Below are positions 19,400 to 29,632 of a DNA stretch of 64,000 bases, in pieces (the first letter of the stretch is position 1; every line of letters begins with the position of its first letter). The notes under the pieces were generated by a model that did no database searches, was not told where the DNA came from, and saw only the letters and a list, made by a program, of their open reading frames with translations. Position numbers and translations under genes: made by a program. The DNA comes from Candidatus Freyarchaeum deiterrae. GTDB lineage: Archaea; Asgardarchaeota; Jordiarchaeia; Jordiarchaeales; Jordiarchaeaceae. The stretch is from positions 2,336,001 to 2,400,000 of the forward strand of contig CP147778.1 of NCBI GenBank assembly GCA_037305845.1, written 5' to 3'.

Positions 19400-19942
19400 C
19401 TACTCCATGGATTTAACGAATTTTTCTGCCTTCTTTCTAAATCTGTAGAACGATAGCGTGATAAGTGCAGGAGTTATAATGAGGGCGGAGATTACTGGGA
19501 CGAGGAAAATCGGGCTATTGAAAATCCCAAAATCATGGTTAATACTGCCCCAAACGTAACATACGAGAGTAACGTATCCCGCGTAAAGAAGCGCCGCGAC
19601 AGCAAGTGCAATAAAACGCCAGTCCTCCCATAATTCTCCCCTAGCCACTAGTGAAGCCAGATTCCATGTCTGAATAACCGCGGCTGCGAATAGTACTAAC
19701 CCTGCGGCTAGAATTACTACTATGACTTGGCCCACCAGTGGATTCATTTCAAAAAATTGGGTTAATGTCATGATGTCCTCAGTTGTAGAAAGAACGATCG
19801 CTATCGGTCCCAAGTTGTATTCAAGACCTGTAGGGTATCTAATGGACAACTTTAATGCAGATGTTGGAGTTAAAGCTAGTAATATAGAAGGTATAATTAA
19901 TAATACGAGTATAACTATTATTGCTATATATCTGAATTTCAT
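19400..19942 (-). CDS. Multi-pass membrane protein
   Basis: Four or five hydrophobic segments; start abuts the upstream stop (TAAATG). Confidence 0.75.
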   Translation of the reverse strand: MKFRYIAIIVILVLLIIPSILLALTPTSALKLSIRYPTGLEYNLGPIAIVLSTTEDIMTLTQFFEMNPLVGQVIVVILAAGLVLFAAAVIQTWNLASLVARGELWEDWRFIALAVAALLYAGYVTLVCYVWGSINHDFGIFNSPIFLVPVISALIITPALITLSFYRFRKKAEKFVKSME

Positions 19943-20884
19943 TTACTCCACCTTCCTTATCCATTCAATATACTTGCCAATCCTCTCAAGAATGTTTACG
20001 AGTTTACTTTCAGGAACGTCCAGAATGCCAGCTACTTCGTCTAATGTTCTTTTCCCGTTACAGAGCCTTCTGAGTTCCTTGTAAAGATTAGTGTAAAATG
20101 GGTCAATTCCAAATAGTAGTAAACTTCCTCCATCAAGCCTTTTAACCAGAGGATACTGTTGAACCCTTTTAACCCAGTTTTGACTTAGCCCCTGCTTCAT
20201 AATCGTCACAAGGTCTTCCAACACTATCCCCGTTTTTTCGACTATTTCTTGAACCGTTTTTTTGCCATCCATTTCTTTTAGCACTTTAACTCCTTTCTCC
20301 CCGAACATCTCCAAAAGTTCCTCTTTTTTTTGTTCAGTTTCGGGGTAGACAAACAAAAAAATTTCATGATTGAAAATATCAGGTTTTTTCTCATCAGACG
20401 TAGATTCTTCATAAAGCATACGGTATTCTTCTACGGGAGATGAACTCAATTTTACAACTATTTCAACAATTTTTTTCGAAAAATGCATAATGTAAGGAGT
20501 TACAGACAAAAGAGGTCCTATCGCACCTTCTGTGTATATCGCAATCGCAGCAGATTCTGATAACTTCCAAACTACTAGAGAGAGATCACTTCTAGGTATG
20601 GCATAACTGCCTTCAGGGAAAAACTCTTGATTTCTCTGCACGTAAGTAGATATGAATTTTAACATCTCTTTTTTTATAGGTCTACTACAATAAAAAATTA
20701 TGCCTTTATCATTAAGTACACACACACTTACTCTTGGAAAAACATTAATGGTATCCCCAATTTTTTGAGCGATCTTCCTAAGCTTAGAGAATAACTTTTT
20801 TTTCTCCTTTTCCTCTCCACCACCTTCATCTAATTCTTCGTATTCATTAAAATCCCAGTCTTTAAGAGGAGAGGAATCATTCAT
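19943..20884 (-). CDS. Longin/profilin-like domain plus two winged-helix domains
   Basis: VSVCVLNDKGIIFY beta-hairpin start; repeated MDGKKTVQEIVEKTG and CNGKRTLDEVAGILD wHTH motifs; GGAGGT SD. Confidence 0.5.
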   Translation of the reverse strand: MNDSSPLKDWDFNEYEELDEGGGEEKEKKKLFSKLRKIAQKIGDTINVFPRVSVCVLNDKGIIFYCSRPIKKEMLKFISTYVQRNQEFFPEGSYAIPRSDLSLVVWKLSESAAIAIYTEGAIGPLLSVTPYIMHFSKKIVEIVVKLSSSPVEEYRMLYEESTSDEKKPDIFNHEIFLFVYPETEQKKEELLEMFGEKGVKVLKEMDGKKTVQEIVEKTGIVLEDLVTIMKQGLSQNWVKRVQQYPLVKRLDGGSLLLFGIDPFYTNLYKELRRLCNGKRTLDEVAGILDVPESKLVNILERIGKYIEWIRKVE

Positions 20885-21026
20885 CTAATTACCTCCAAAG
20901 TTAAGGATATTTACAGCTTCTAGGAATTCATACAATTTTTTGGATCGCTAATTTGTTTTTCATACTTTTTATAATTAAACCTTTTTGAATAACTTTTATC
21001 CAGCTAATCAATATTAACTTTAACCA

Positions 21027-21428
21027 CTAAACAGGGAGTGGCTTGCCACTGCCTCTTATGGTCATTAATCTATCAAAAATCTTTCTGTTGATTACTCCTA
21101 CAATCTTTCCTCCATCCTCCACAGCGATTCTTTCCGCGTCTGTCTGCTCAAAAATCATCTGAACTTCTGTAATCGAGGCATTTCTATCAACGGTAAAGAC
21201 AGGACTTATCATCACATCCTCGGCTATAAGCTCTTTTGGGTTCTCTCCCTCCGCTACAATCTGAAAGATTTCCCTATCCGTTATCATGCCCACAATTTCC
21301 CTTGTCTCATCCTCAACGAGAAGTGATCCAACTTCTTCATCAACCATCATTTTAGCTACTTCGGAGAGAGTGTTATCAACTTTGCAGATAACTACATTTC
21401 TTCTGGCTATGTCATACGCTATAGACAA
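21027..21428 (-). CDS. CBS-pair protein
   Basis: VGSLLV, IVGMITDRE, AEDVMISPVFTV, IVGVI. Confidence 0.9.
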   Translation of the reverse strand: MSIAYDIARRNVVICKVDNTLSEVAKMMVDEEVGSLLVEDETREIVGMITDREIFQIVAEGENPKELIAEDVMISPVFTVDRNASITEVQMIFEQTDAERIAVEDGGKIVGVINRKIFDRLMTIRGSGKPLPV

Positions 21429-21669
21429 GAGTAGACCCCCAATTGGCGTATCATCTACTTCGAATTAAAGAAGCTTCATTGCCCTTAAATTTGTTACTCT
21501 ACTATTAATTAATAGATGAGCCAATACCTGAAAATATTCATGCTAAAATTTTTATTTTCAAAGATGAAAGAACTAAGTATAATCAAAACACTTCTTTAAA
21601 ATATTGTAAAAAAAGATAATTTCTGACCTACATCTAAAAAGTTCAGGCTAAAAATTTGTGTCGGGGATT

Positions 21670-22185
21670 CTAAAGTTTTGTGTTTGGAATGAATTTGTGG
21701 CATCTTATGCACTCGAATCCAACAGGTCTTTCCTCTCCCCTCATTAGTAAAGCATCAGACTCGCCGAGTTCTCCATCACCACAAAGGTGAAGCGCGGTAA
21801 TTTTTGAAGTATTTCCGCAGTGGAAGCATTCATACTCATACTCTACAGAGGACACATTTTTGACTCTGTCAATAGATACGACATACTTTTCTATGAACAT
21901 CCTCCTACACACTGCACATGTGTAAACTATCTCATCAGCAAGTATAGTGGTTGGGCAACCACAGTTGGGGCAGTTTTTGCTAGGCTTTTTAATATGCGTT
22001 CTCAATAGTGTCTTAAACTCTAATTTTTGATACCATCCGCACCATTTACAGACTTCGTGTAGGGGGGAGTCCGTGTCGGGGAGGCTAACCCCTTTTAGAG
22101 CCTTTATAAGCTCGGCTTTTTTCCACATCGCTTTTCCCTCAATTGTGTAGCAAATATACAAAATACGATAATTTTTATTGGTCAA
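21670..22185 (-). CDS. Multi-CxxC zinc-ribbon protein
   Basis: CKWC, CPNC, CAVC, CFHC, CIRC; true start probably the downstream Met (MWKK). Confidence 0.65.
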   Translation of the reverse strand: MTNKNYRILYICYTIEGKAMWKKAELIKALKGVSLPDTDSPLHEVCKWCGWYQKLEFKTLLRTHIKKPSKNCPNCGCPTTILADEIVYTCAVCRRMFIEKYVVSIDRVKNVSSVEYEYECFHCGNTSKITALHLCGDGELGESDALLMRGEERPVGFECIRCHKFIPNTKL

Positions 22186-22418
22186 TATACAAGATTGATT
22201 AATGGATATTTATAGCTTTCTAATAATATTGAGAATTTCACAATAAAGGAAAAAAATTTATGCGAAAATTTAAAAAACCGCAAAAATTTGTTAAAATAGA
22301 GTTATATTTTTAATATAATTCGCAAAACTTTTTAAGAAACGTGGTTCAGTCTTTTACAAAGTATGCTAATTTATTCAGAATCACATAAAAATAAACTATT
22401 AAGTTATTAGGGAAAACT

Positions 22419-22802
22419 TTACTGATTTCTTTCCCAAAACTTGTTTACCCTTGCTACAAGGCTTTTCAAGCAGGAAATTTTGGTAGGATCGCCACTATAT
22501 TTATTCATGATACTCTCAGCATGGGTAACAAAGTTTTCAATGTCTACTTCTCGTTTAAGAAATAAACAGAGAAGATTATACTTATATGAGGATACTACCA
22601 CTTTTTCGTCTTTAAAAACTATGGCTTTGGGTAGTATATCACGATGCATGCCCACCATAAACATAGTATAAAACTCTGCTATCATTTTCTGTACGGATGT
22701 TTTGCCGTCTAAACTCTTTTCCCATTTTAGCATAGGCCCGTATTCCTGATCCATATTAATCAAAGCTACAGCCTTCAAACCATAATTCTTTAGCGTTTCC
22801 AA
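22419..22802 (-). CDS. Small longin/uDENN-like protein
   Basis: GAGGAGG SD then TTG at 22802; AVALINMDQEYGPML resembles the uDENN/longin F-D-x-x-x-G-P start. Confidence 0.5.
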   Translation of the reverse strand: METLKNYGLKAVALINMDQEYGPMLKWEKSLDGKTSVQKMIAEFYTMFMVGMHRDILPKAIVFKDEKVVVSSYKYNLLCLFLKREVDIENFVTHAESIMNKYSGDPTKISCLKSLVARVNKFWERNQ

Positions 22803-23087
22803 TTTTATTATCCTCCTCAATGCTATTAACCGAATTACCCTCAACATTATATTAAACATAGTATTGTTCACGTAATATTCTAAGAGTCTTCCCTGATTCT
22901 AAACACCTTTATTCCATGGATTCATTCTTTTGAAGTAAGATTCAAAAACTAGTAGGAATATCTAAAATTATAGCTATATGTAATTATAAAACAATATTTT
23001 TAATAGATTACAACTTTTTCTCAAATAGAAAAATTAAAAAGATTCAAAATTAAGGGAAAGACTAGGGAAAAAAACCAGGGGAACACC

Positions 23088-23519
23088 ATGGCTATAAGAA
23101 ACCTATACGTTTTCAAGTTTTCAGGTCTCTTGCTCTTCCACAGAGACTATCAAGAAGCCACCGTAGACTCCGACTTGGTAGCCGGATTCTTCTCGGCAAT
23201 ACAATCATTCGCAGAAACCCTACTAAAAGAACCAGAAACAGAACTTCACAGTATGAGATTGGGTAAATACACCTTCATGTTCACCCCTAATGCAGATTTG
23301 GAAATCACCGTTGTAATAGTTGTTGACGACCCCAAAAAAGACCAAGCAAACGCCAAAAGAATAGTGGAAGCAACTATAAAAATATTCAAAGAAAAAAGAT
23401 TAAAGGTAAAAAATTTTGAAGGAAGCCTTGAAGAATTCAAAGATGTCCAGCCAAAACTAGATGAATTGGTCAAACCAGAATCACTCGACAAAAAGGCCAT
23501 ACAAGCATTATGGGACTAA
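23088..23519 (+). CDS. Longin-domain protein
   Basis: IRNLYVFKFSGLLLFHRDY, DSDLVAGFFSAIQSFA pattern typical of Asgard longin domains. Confidence 0.8.
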   Translation: MAIRNLYVFKFSGLLLFHRDYQEATVDSDLVAGFFSAIQSFAETLLKEPETELHSMRLGKYTFMFTPNADLEITVVIVVDDPKKDQANAKRIVEATIKIFKEKRLKVKNFEGSLEEFKDVQPKLDELVKPESLDKKAIQALWD

Positions 23520-23689
23520 CCACAGAAAGAAAAACCCCAGTAATAGAAAAATAGTACATCAACACCTGATTTTAAATTCTGCAAAAACAACTTTTCAGAA
23601 CCTAACATATTATTGAAGGATCATAAAATTTTTTGAATTTTAAGAATCAAAAAATACAAAAAGTGAAAAAGAGGGTAAGGATTCTACTT

Positions 23690-24247
23690 TTAGAACCTGG
23701 TCCAGTCCCTGGTGATTAAGCCGCCTATCATCCCTAGAAGTGCTGGTAGCCCAAAGAGTAGAATATAATCCCAACCCGAAACACTTGTTACAAAGCCGAA
23801 GATATTAACCAAACTTGAACCGCCAGTACCTGTAATGATGAAGATGATAACTACTATAATACTGCAGATTATTCCGATCATTATTGCCCTTAATGGATGC
23901 TTTGTAATAAGACCAGAGATAAAGCCAGCTAGAGTCAGAGCCGCAATTGGGACAAAGGTCTGAGCGGGCGGGCCGCTTGTTGCTAATGTATAAGGACGTG
24001 CCAAGTAATCAGCAGCCGCAAGTTGCACGTTATTCCAGAACGCTGCATACTGTGTACCAGTTCCTGTTGGGTCTAACCATAACATGTACGCATTGAGTAG
24101 ATTCAATAGAGTGTGATGCATTGCAACGAAGTAGATGATTCCGAACATAGTTGCTAGGCATACGACAAACGCTAAAATAAGTCTGAATATCGATCCGATA
24201 ATCACTTTTATCTGCTCCCTTCTTACCTTTTTGAGTTGATATACCAC
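23690..24247 (-). CDS. Multi-pass membrane protein
   Basis: Four hydrophobic helices with GxxxG motifs (AGFISGLIT, LGMIGGLIT). Confidence 0.75.
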   Translation of the reverse strand: MVYQLKKVRREQIKVIIGSIFRLILAFVVCLATMFGIIYFVAMHHTLLNLLNAYMLWLDPTGTGTQYAAFWNNVQLAAADYLARPYTLATSGPPAQTFVPIAALTLAGFISGLITKHPLRAIMIGIICSIIVVIIFIITGTGGSSLVNIFGFVTSVSGWDYILLFGLPALLGMIGGLITRDWTRF

Positions 24248-24348
24248 TTTAATATATTAAAAGATGTTGTTCGAGGCATTCTTTAAATTTACCAAATTTC
24301 GACTTTTGGCAGTGGAATATTTTTATATTCCCTGTTGAATTCTAGGTT

Positions 24349-25329
24349 TTAATTGGTATTAATTTCTTTTTTTCTGGTTTTCTTTCCAGGATTTGAAGTT
24401 AAATCGTCGAATACTTTACTAACCTGCCCCGTGATATTCAGAAGTTCAGTGGGTATAACATACTTCTTTGAGCTACCCGAAGCCATATTTTTGAGCGTAT
24501 CCAAGTACTGTATTCCCAGGGTTTTACTATCAATGTCTTTCGCAACATTTTGAATGGTATCCAACGCCTTGGAGTAACCTTCAGCTTTCAGAATGGATGA
24601 TTGTCTCTTCGCTTCCGCTCTAAGAATTAGAGCTTTCTTCGTAGCTTCCGCTTTAACAATGGTTGACCTTTTCTGGCCCTCCGCTATTTTAATAGAAGAC
24701 ACCCTGGTTCCATCGGCTTCCGTTACTGTTGCTCTTCTAATTCTCTCCGCCTCCATCTGTTTTATCATTGCTTCGAGCACCTGCTGTGGAGGCATTATTT
24801 CACGAATCTCAACACTTGTTACCTTAACTCCCCACCGACTCGTAACCTCGTCCAACTTCTCCCTAAGAGTATTGTTGATACGTTCCCGTTCAGTTAAAAT
24901 ATCATCCAAACTTATGTCACCCATCACAGACCTAAGAGTAGTCTGAGATATACCCATAGCGGCACCCTTCCAATCCTCAACCTTAACAACTGAATCATAA
25001 GCATCCATTACCCTGTGATAAATGAGGACATCAACCTCTGCGGGCGCGTTATCTTTTGTTATACATTTCTGTCTTGGTACTTCGAAGAAGTTTTCTCTCA
25101 AGTCCACTTTGACTGTACGGTCGATTATGGGCGTTATGTAAACGAGTCCTGGTCCTTTAGATCCGGCTAGTGCGCGACCCAGTCTGAATACTACGGCCCT
25201 TTCGTATTCACGGTATACTCGGAGTCCGCTCAGTATAATTAGTAAAGCGATTATTCCAACTACAAAGATTGATATAAAAATTGGGTCTGTAAAAAGATTA
25301 TATTGAAATTGCAAAGTGTTTAGTGCCAT
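24349..25329 (-). CDS. SPFH/band-7 (stomatin-like) protein
   Basis: N-terminal TM, EYERAVVFRLGR, VDLRE, ITKDN, QTTLRSVMG, WGVKV..VEI, Q..AER.RRA; start set to the ATG after GGAGGAG. Confidence 0.92.
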   Translation of the reverse strand: MALNTLQFQYNLFTDPIFISIFVVGIIALLIILSGLRVYREYERAVVFRLGRALAGSKGPGLVYITPIIDRTVKVDLRENFFEVPRQKCITKDNAPAEVDVLIYHRVMDAYDSVVKVEDWKGAAMGISQTTLRSVMGDISLDDILTERERINNTLREKLDEVTSRWGVKVTSVEIREIMPPQQVLEAMIKQMEAERIRRATVTEADGTRVSSIKIAEGQKRSTIVKAEATKKALILRAEAKRQSSILKAEGYSKALDTIQNVAKDIDSKTLGIQYLDTLKNMASGSSKKYVIPTELLNITGQVSKVFDDLTSNPGKKTRKKEINTN

Positions 25330-25541
25330 TTCTTCTCCTCCCATCTGCTTCACAGTTTTTAAACTTATTTTATTATTCTCTATTAGGCTTTTAAATCTTT
25401 ATTCTCGTGCATTGCAAAACACTGTTATCTCAAGGAATTTACTTTTAAAAATTGCTTCAATTTGTTTTGCATAGGGTTTAAATCGTACTTTTACACTGTT
25501 ATAATTAGCTTTTTATTGTAACTAGGAAATCTTAGAGGTCA

Positions 25542-28223
25542 TTGACGTTGTTCTTGGCGCGTTGCTTGGATGATGGAACATTGCATAATTTTTACCTACT
25601 TGACGCTCGTATACATTTAGGTGTTGATCGAGGGCCGCCGATACGTAATTACGATTGTGCAAATTTCTTCAAGTTTTGTCAATCAGTGGAAAAAGCGTTT
25701 TTTAAGGACTTTTCGCTGTCGTCTACGGGTTTGAATTATAAGTTAGAGGGGGCGCGCATTCCCGATGGAACAGTTGGTTTTCCTCTTTCTTTGGTTGAAG
25801 GAATAACTCCTTCTCAGCTTTTTGACGAATTTTTTGTGTCAGCTTACATGAGTAGGATAACCTCTGTTAGTATGGATAGTGTAAAGATTGATGGTGACGA
25901 TGTTCAAGCTTTTACAAATAATAAGTTAATTACGAAATGGTGTGCCTTGCCTAGTATGACGCGTCTCACCGGATTCAAGTATGTGATGCCTTCGAAAGAG
26001 AGTTCGCTTGAAAACCAAATTGAATTAGCTTTGTCGCGTGAAGGGTTTTCGGGTGTTAAAATTAAATTTGATGTCTTAGAGGAGACTTTTGTAAATGTAT
26101 TAAAGTTTATGCAGAATAAAAACTCACCCATTATTGTAGAGATGTTGAATTCCGAAAAGTTGGAAACTTTTTTGAAACTGTTAAACGATGCCGTTTTAAA
26201 AATTGGTGGTATTTCGACTCCGATTATACTCAGTAGCTTTGGACAAGATTCAGATATTGACTTGCTCGGGAAAGTTTTAAGCATAGACAACATTTATGCA
26301 GACCTTTCTGCGTTAGACCTTAATCATTTAGCTGACTTTATCCTTTCAGCCAAAAAAAATATTTCCAATTGGTCTAAGAGGTTGATATTTGGCACCAACT
26401 ATCCTTTTTGTAAAATTGGTGATGTGGTGTCTACTCTAAGTTATTTTTTTAGTTCTGATTTCGTTGGAGAACCTATAGATCTTAAGAGGATACTCGGAGG
26501 GAACGCTGTGGGATTAGTTCCTCCGCGTTATAACTTGTTGACTCCTTCAATTGATGAGATGTGTACTCTGGCTATTGATAAGTATTCTGAACAGGCGGCG
26601 AAAATATTTGAAGAATTGTTAAGCTATTTCATCAAACGAGGTTTAGCAACAGTTAGTTCCTGTGATTTTTTGGTAAGAGGAGAAGATGGAGTTATTGATC
26701 TCTCAAAATATTTCTTATCTTTGAAATCGATGAAGGAACAGAATAGAGGCGTTACTTTCCTGTTCATGAAGACTCCGGGAAACGTGCCTCGTGATGCCTT
26801 AGCTATAGCGGTGCTTAATTCTAAAACCTTGAGTGCCTTTAAGAATAGGACCATTGAAAACTTTGGTGCCAACAAAACCATGAAGAATCTACTAAGCCGA
26901 GCTTCTCTCATATCCTCTGATGAAGAAATCAACAAAGTTTCAGAAATGATTACAGATGCAGTTTACAAAACTAAAACAATCAGTAAAGGCGAAATCAGTG
27001 TTTTTTCGCTTTCGGCTGCTCCCCTTAAAGAAAAGGTTGTTGGAATGAATCCTAAGGATATGAAAATTCTTGGTATAAACGATGGCGGCATTATTCTCAT
27101 AAAACCAACAGTTACTGAAAATTGGTACGCCGCTTTGGTGAAAAGCTTTGAAGACGCTTCCTCAGGTGAACTGCAAGTTAATGAGGAAATTATGAGCAAT
27201 TGGTACGTTTTTGAAGGGGATATGGCTATAATAGAAAATTACTCCGGTAAAATTGAGCTTCTTGAACAAGTAGATTTTGCTGTGGAATCTTCTGAAGAAA
27301 TAAAATTACCCGACTTCCTAGAGAAAATCGAGGGTAAAATGGATTTACTACTCGAAAAGCTAGATGGGTTTTTCATTGGAAAAGACATGAGATTCATTCT
27401 ACCCGAACTATTCTTAGACTCTCCATTCATCATACGACCAGTCCATTCTCAACCTGAAATAGAACAAAAAAAGCTAGGAATCATAAAAACTGGGAAGACT
27501 GTAATTAATTTCGTTTCAGAACAATGGGTTAAACCATACAATTTAGTCCTTGTCATCAATACGAGTGAGATCATGAAAAATTCAGATATAACTATTGAGG
27601 AATTCGAAAAAATCGCAGATCTTCTCTCTACAATAGATGCGAAATCAGTAGAGAAATTTGAAAAAAGGATCAGAGAGGGAAACATTACAAAGAATATTGC
27701 TGCGGCTTTCATTGGAGTTTCAAGTTTAAAGAATCTTTCAGAAAAAAGTAATTTACATAAAGCATCAGTTATCTCCTACTCCAATCAGAGTAATTTATTC
27801 TCAATTTTAGAAAAAGGACAAGTAACCCCATACATGGATTTTAGATCAAATAGAAAGGATTTCTCACTAAAAGTGCTCTCATCACATATAATGGACAAGT
27901 GTCAGTATCCAGAAGGAAAAGCGGCACTTAAGGAAGCAGGAGCCAAAGTTGAAGAATTCATTGAAAAAGTCGGAGAAAAAATTCCAACCCTAACAGTGCT
28001 AATCACCGCTGGAGAAAAAACAGAAAACTTTGAAATCTTCCAGGAAATAGCAGATAAGGACCCAAGAATAAAACTCGTGGTAATACAAATTGGGAAACCA
28101 GAAAATGAGAAAGAATTAAAAAGAATTATAGACTCCATAAAAGGCAAGTACATTCAAGTCGAGGAAATAGACCCGCAAAACTTGGGAATGAAGCTAATAT
28201 CCCAGCTAACAGAATTTCTATAA
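25542..28223 (+). CDS. Degenerate amidohydrolase + CDC48-N-like + degenerate vWA fusion protein
   Basis: Colinear similarity to 40351..41811 (FYLLDARIHLG, NWSKRLIFGTNY, KRILGGNAVGLVPP) and to 41907..43367 (double-psi barrel, PYNLVLVINTSEIM). Confidence 0.75.
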   Translation: MTLFLARCLDDGTLHNFYLLDARIHLGVDRGPPIRNYDCANFFKFCQSVEKAFFKDFSLSSTGLNYKLEGARIPDGTVGFPLSLVEGITPSQLFDEFFVSAYMSRITSVSMDSVKIDGDDVQAFTNNKLITKWCALPSMTRLTGFKYVMPSKESSLENQIELALSREGFSGVKIKFDVLEETFVNVLKFMQNKNSPIIVEMLNSEKLETFLKLLNDAVLKIGGISTPIILSSFGQDSDIDLLGKVLSIDNIYADLSALDLNHLADFILSAKKNISNWSKRLIFGTNYPFCKIGDVVSTLSYFFSSDFVGEPIDLKRILGGNAVGLVPPRYNLLTPSIDEMCTLAIDKYSEQAAKIFEELLSYFIKRGLATVSSCDFLVRGEDGVIDLSKYFLSLKSMKEQNRGVTFLFMKTPGNVPRDALAIAVLNSKTLSAFKNRTIENFGANKTMKNLLSRASLISSDEEINKVSEMITDAVYKTKTISKGEISVFSLSAAPLKEKVVGMNPKDMKILGINDGGIILIKPTVTENWYAALVKSFEDASSGELQVNEEIMSNWYVFEGDMAIIENYSGKIELLEQVDFAVESSEEIKLPDFLEKIEGKMDLLLEKLDGFFIGKDMRFILPELFLDSPFIIRPVHSQPEIEQKKLGIIKTGKTVINFVSEQWVKPYNLVLVINTSEIMKNSDITIEEFEKIADLLSTIDAKSVEKFEKRIREGNITKNIAAAFIGVSSLKNLSEKSNLHKASVISYSNQSNLFSILEKGQVTPYMDFRSNRKDFSLKVLSSHIMDKCQYPEGKAALKEAGAKVEEFIEKVGEKIPTLTVLITAGEKTENFEIFQEIADKDPRIKLVVIQIGKPENEKELKRIIDSIKGKYIQVEEIDPQNLGMKLISQLTEFL

Positions 28224-28329
28224 AAGTGCAAAGTACCAAAAAAAAACAATTTTTTCTAAAATGAAAATTTCACTCATTTTTTAAACATAGAAATTACGCT
28301 TTTTCAGATATTATTTACTTCCCATTATC

Positions 28330-29310
28330 CTACCATTGAAATACTAATAACGTAACTATTAAGAAGGCTACAAGAGAAGCAAAGGTAACAATCCATATTC
28401 GTTTACTCCATTGCCAAACTTTATATCCGTCGAAAGGTGGAACAGGCGACATATTAAATAGTCCTAAATTAGCGTTTATACTCGCTCCAACAATCATTAT
28501 ATAGGACAAGTTCACCTGCGAGAATAAAGATTGAACATGAAGATTCGGAAACAGGAAAGACAGTACGAATAGACTGGCTCCTAATGCAAGATTAACTAGG
28601 GGCCCAGAGATCGATGTCTTGCCCATAGACTGCAAATCGCTGGGCCCTGATATCATAACTGCCCCCGGTGCCAGAAATTTCAGAAAAGTAAAAATAGATA
28701 AAATTGTGAAAAAAATACCGAATAATACTATCCTAAACTCCGCCCATAGATTATACATTTGAGCAACAAGCTTGTGGCTGAGTTCATGAAGTAGAAAACT
28801 TGCAATAACGATTAGTCCTAACCATAAAACGTTATCAATCTGGAAAAAGGTTAGAAAATTTGACAACCCTGGTATATAAGAGAGTAACCACGTTGATCCA
28901 CTAAAAACCAGCCAGATGAGCGTTCCAAATACAAAACCCCCTAGCCCACTGGTGAAAATCCATATTACATTGAATATAAGACTTGAAAAAACCACCGCTA
29001 AAATAAGAACGGTGGCCGCAAAAAGATGAGCAACCTCCGTTTTGGAAGTAGACAACTTACCTAACCTACTAACAGATCGACCTTGAACTATCCTTCGTGG
29101 AACTATATCCTTCTCCACATCTTCTTCCTGAGATCTTTTTTCCATCTCCCTCGGTTCCTTTTTTGTTTTTCTCTCTTTTTTAGGAGCCTGGTATGCTTTT
29201 GAGCAGTTATGATTTTCAGGAAGTCGATGTTCTGCGCAAAAATAACCATTGCAGTAGCGGCATTTGAAGGGTAGATAATCCTCTTTACCACAGAAATCAC
29301 ACTTGACCAA
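28330..29310 (-). CDS. AN1 zinc finger + site-2 (M50) intramembrane protease
   Basis: CDFC...PFKCRYCNGYFCAEHRLPENHNC; HELSH; GPLVN; FNMSPVPPFDG. Confidence 0.9.
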   Translation of the reverse strand: MVKCDFCGKEDYLPFKCRYCNGYFCAEHRLPENHNCSKAYQAPKKERKTKKEPREMEKRSQEEDVEKDIVPRRIVQGRSVSRLGKLSTSKTEVAHLFAATVLILAVVFSSLIFNVIWIFTSGLGGFVFGTLIWLVFSGSTWLLSYIPGLSNFLTFFQIDNVLWLGLIVIASFLLHELSHKLVAQMYNLWAEFRIVLFGIFFTILSIFTFLKFLAPGAVMISGPSDLQSMGKTSISGPLVNLALGASLFVLSFLFPNLHVQSLFSQVNLSYIMIVGASINANLGLFNMSPVPPFDGYKVWQWSKRIWIVTFASLVAFLIVTLLVFQW

Positions 29311-29632
29311 GGTCAGAGTCCTCCGGCTAGGTTAAAATTTATCAAACTTCTCGAGCTCCCAAGAATCCGACATTTTAAGTCTTTTTAGTGTACTATAAAA
29401 AAACAAAAATTTAAGTCTTTACCCATAAAAAGGGCAAAAAACCTTCTCCGTTCTTTAAAATCTAATTTAAAATTAAAAAACGTCTATTAAAATAATTTTC
29501 TGTATTCAACATATCTCACAAAAAAATATTCTTCTATTCCCTCAATTAGTCACATGAACTTTTTCCACGAAAAAACAAATAAATTGGTCACAGCATTAGT
29601 ATAAGTAAATAAAAAAATTATGAGGAATTCTT

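Noticed and set aside
21694-21720. CIRCH as a heme c binding motif
   Set aside because: Single motif in a cytoplasmic CxxC-rich protein with no signal peptide; zinc ribbon is more parsimonious
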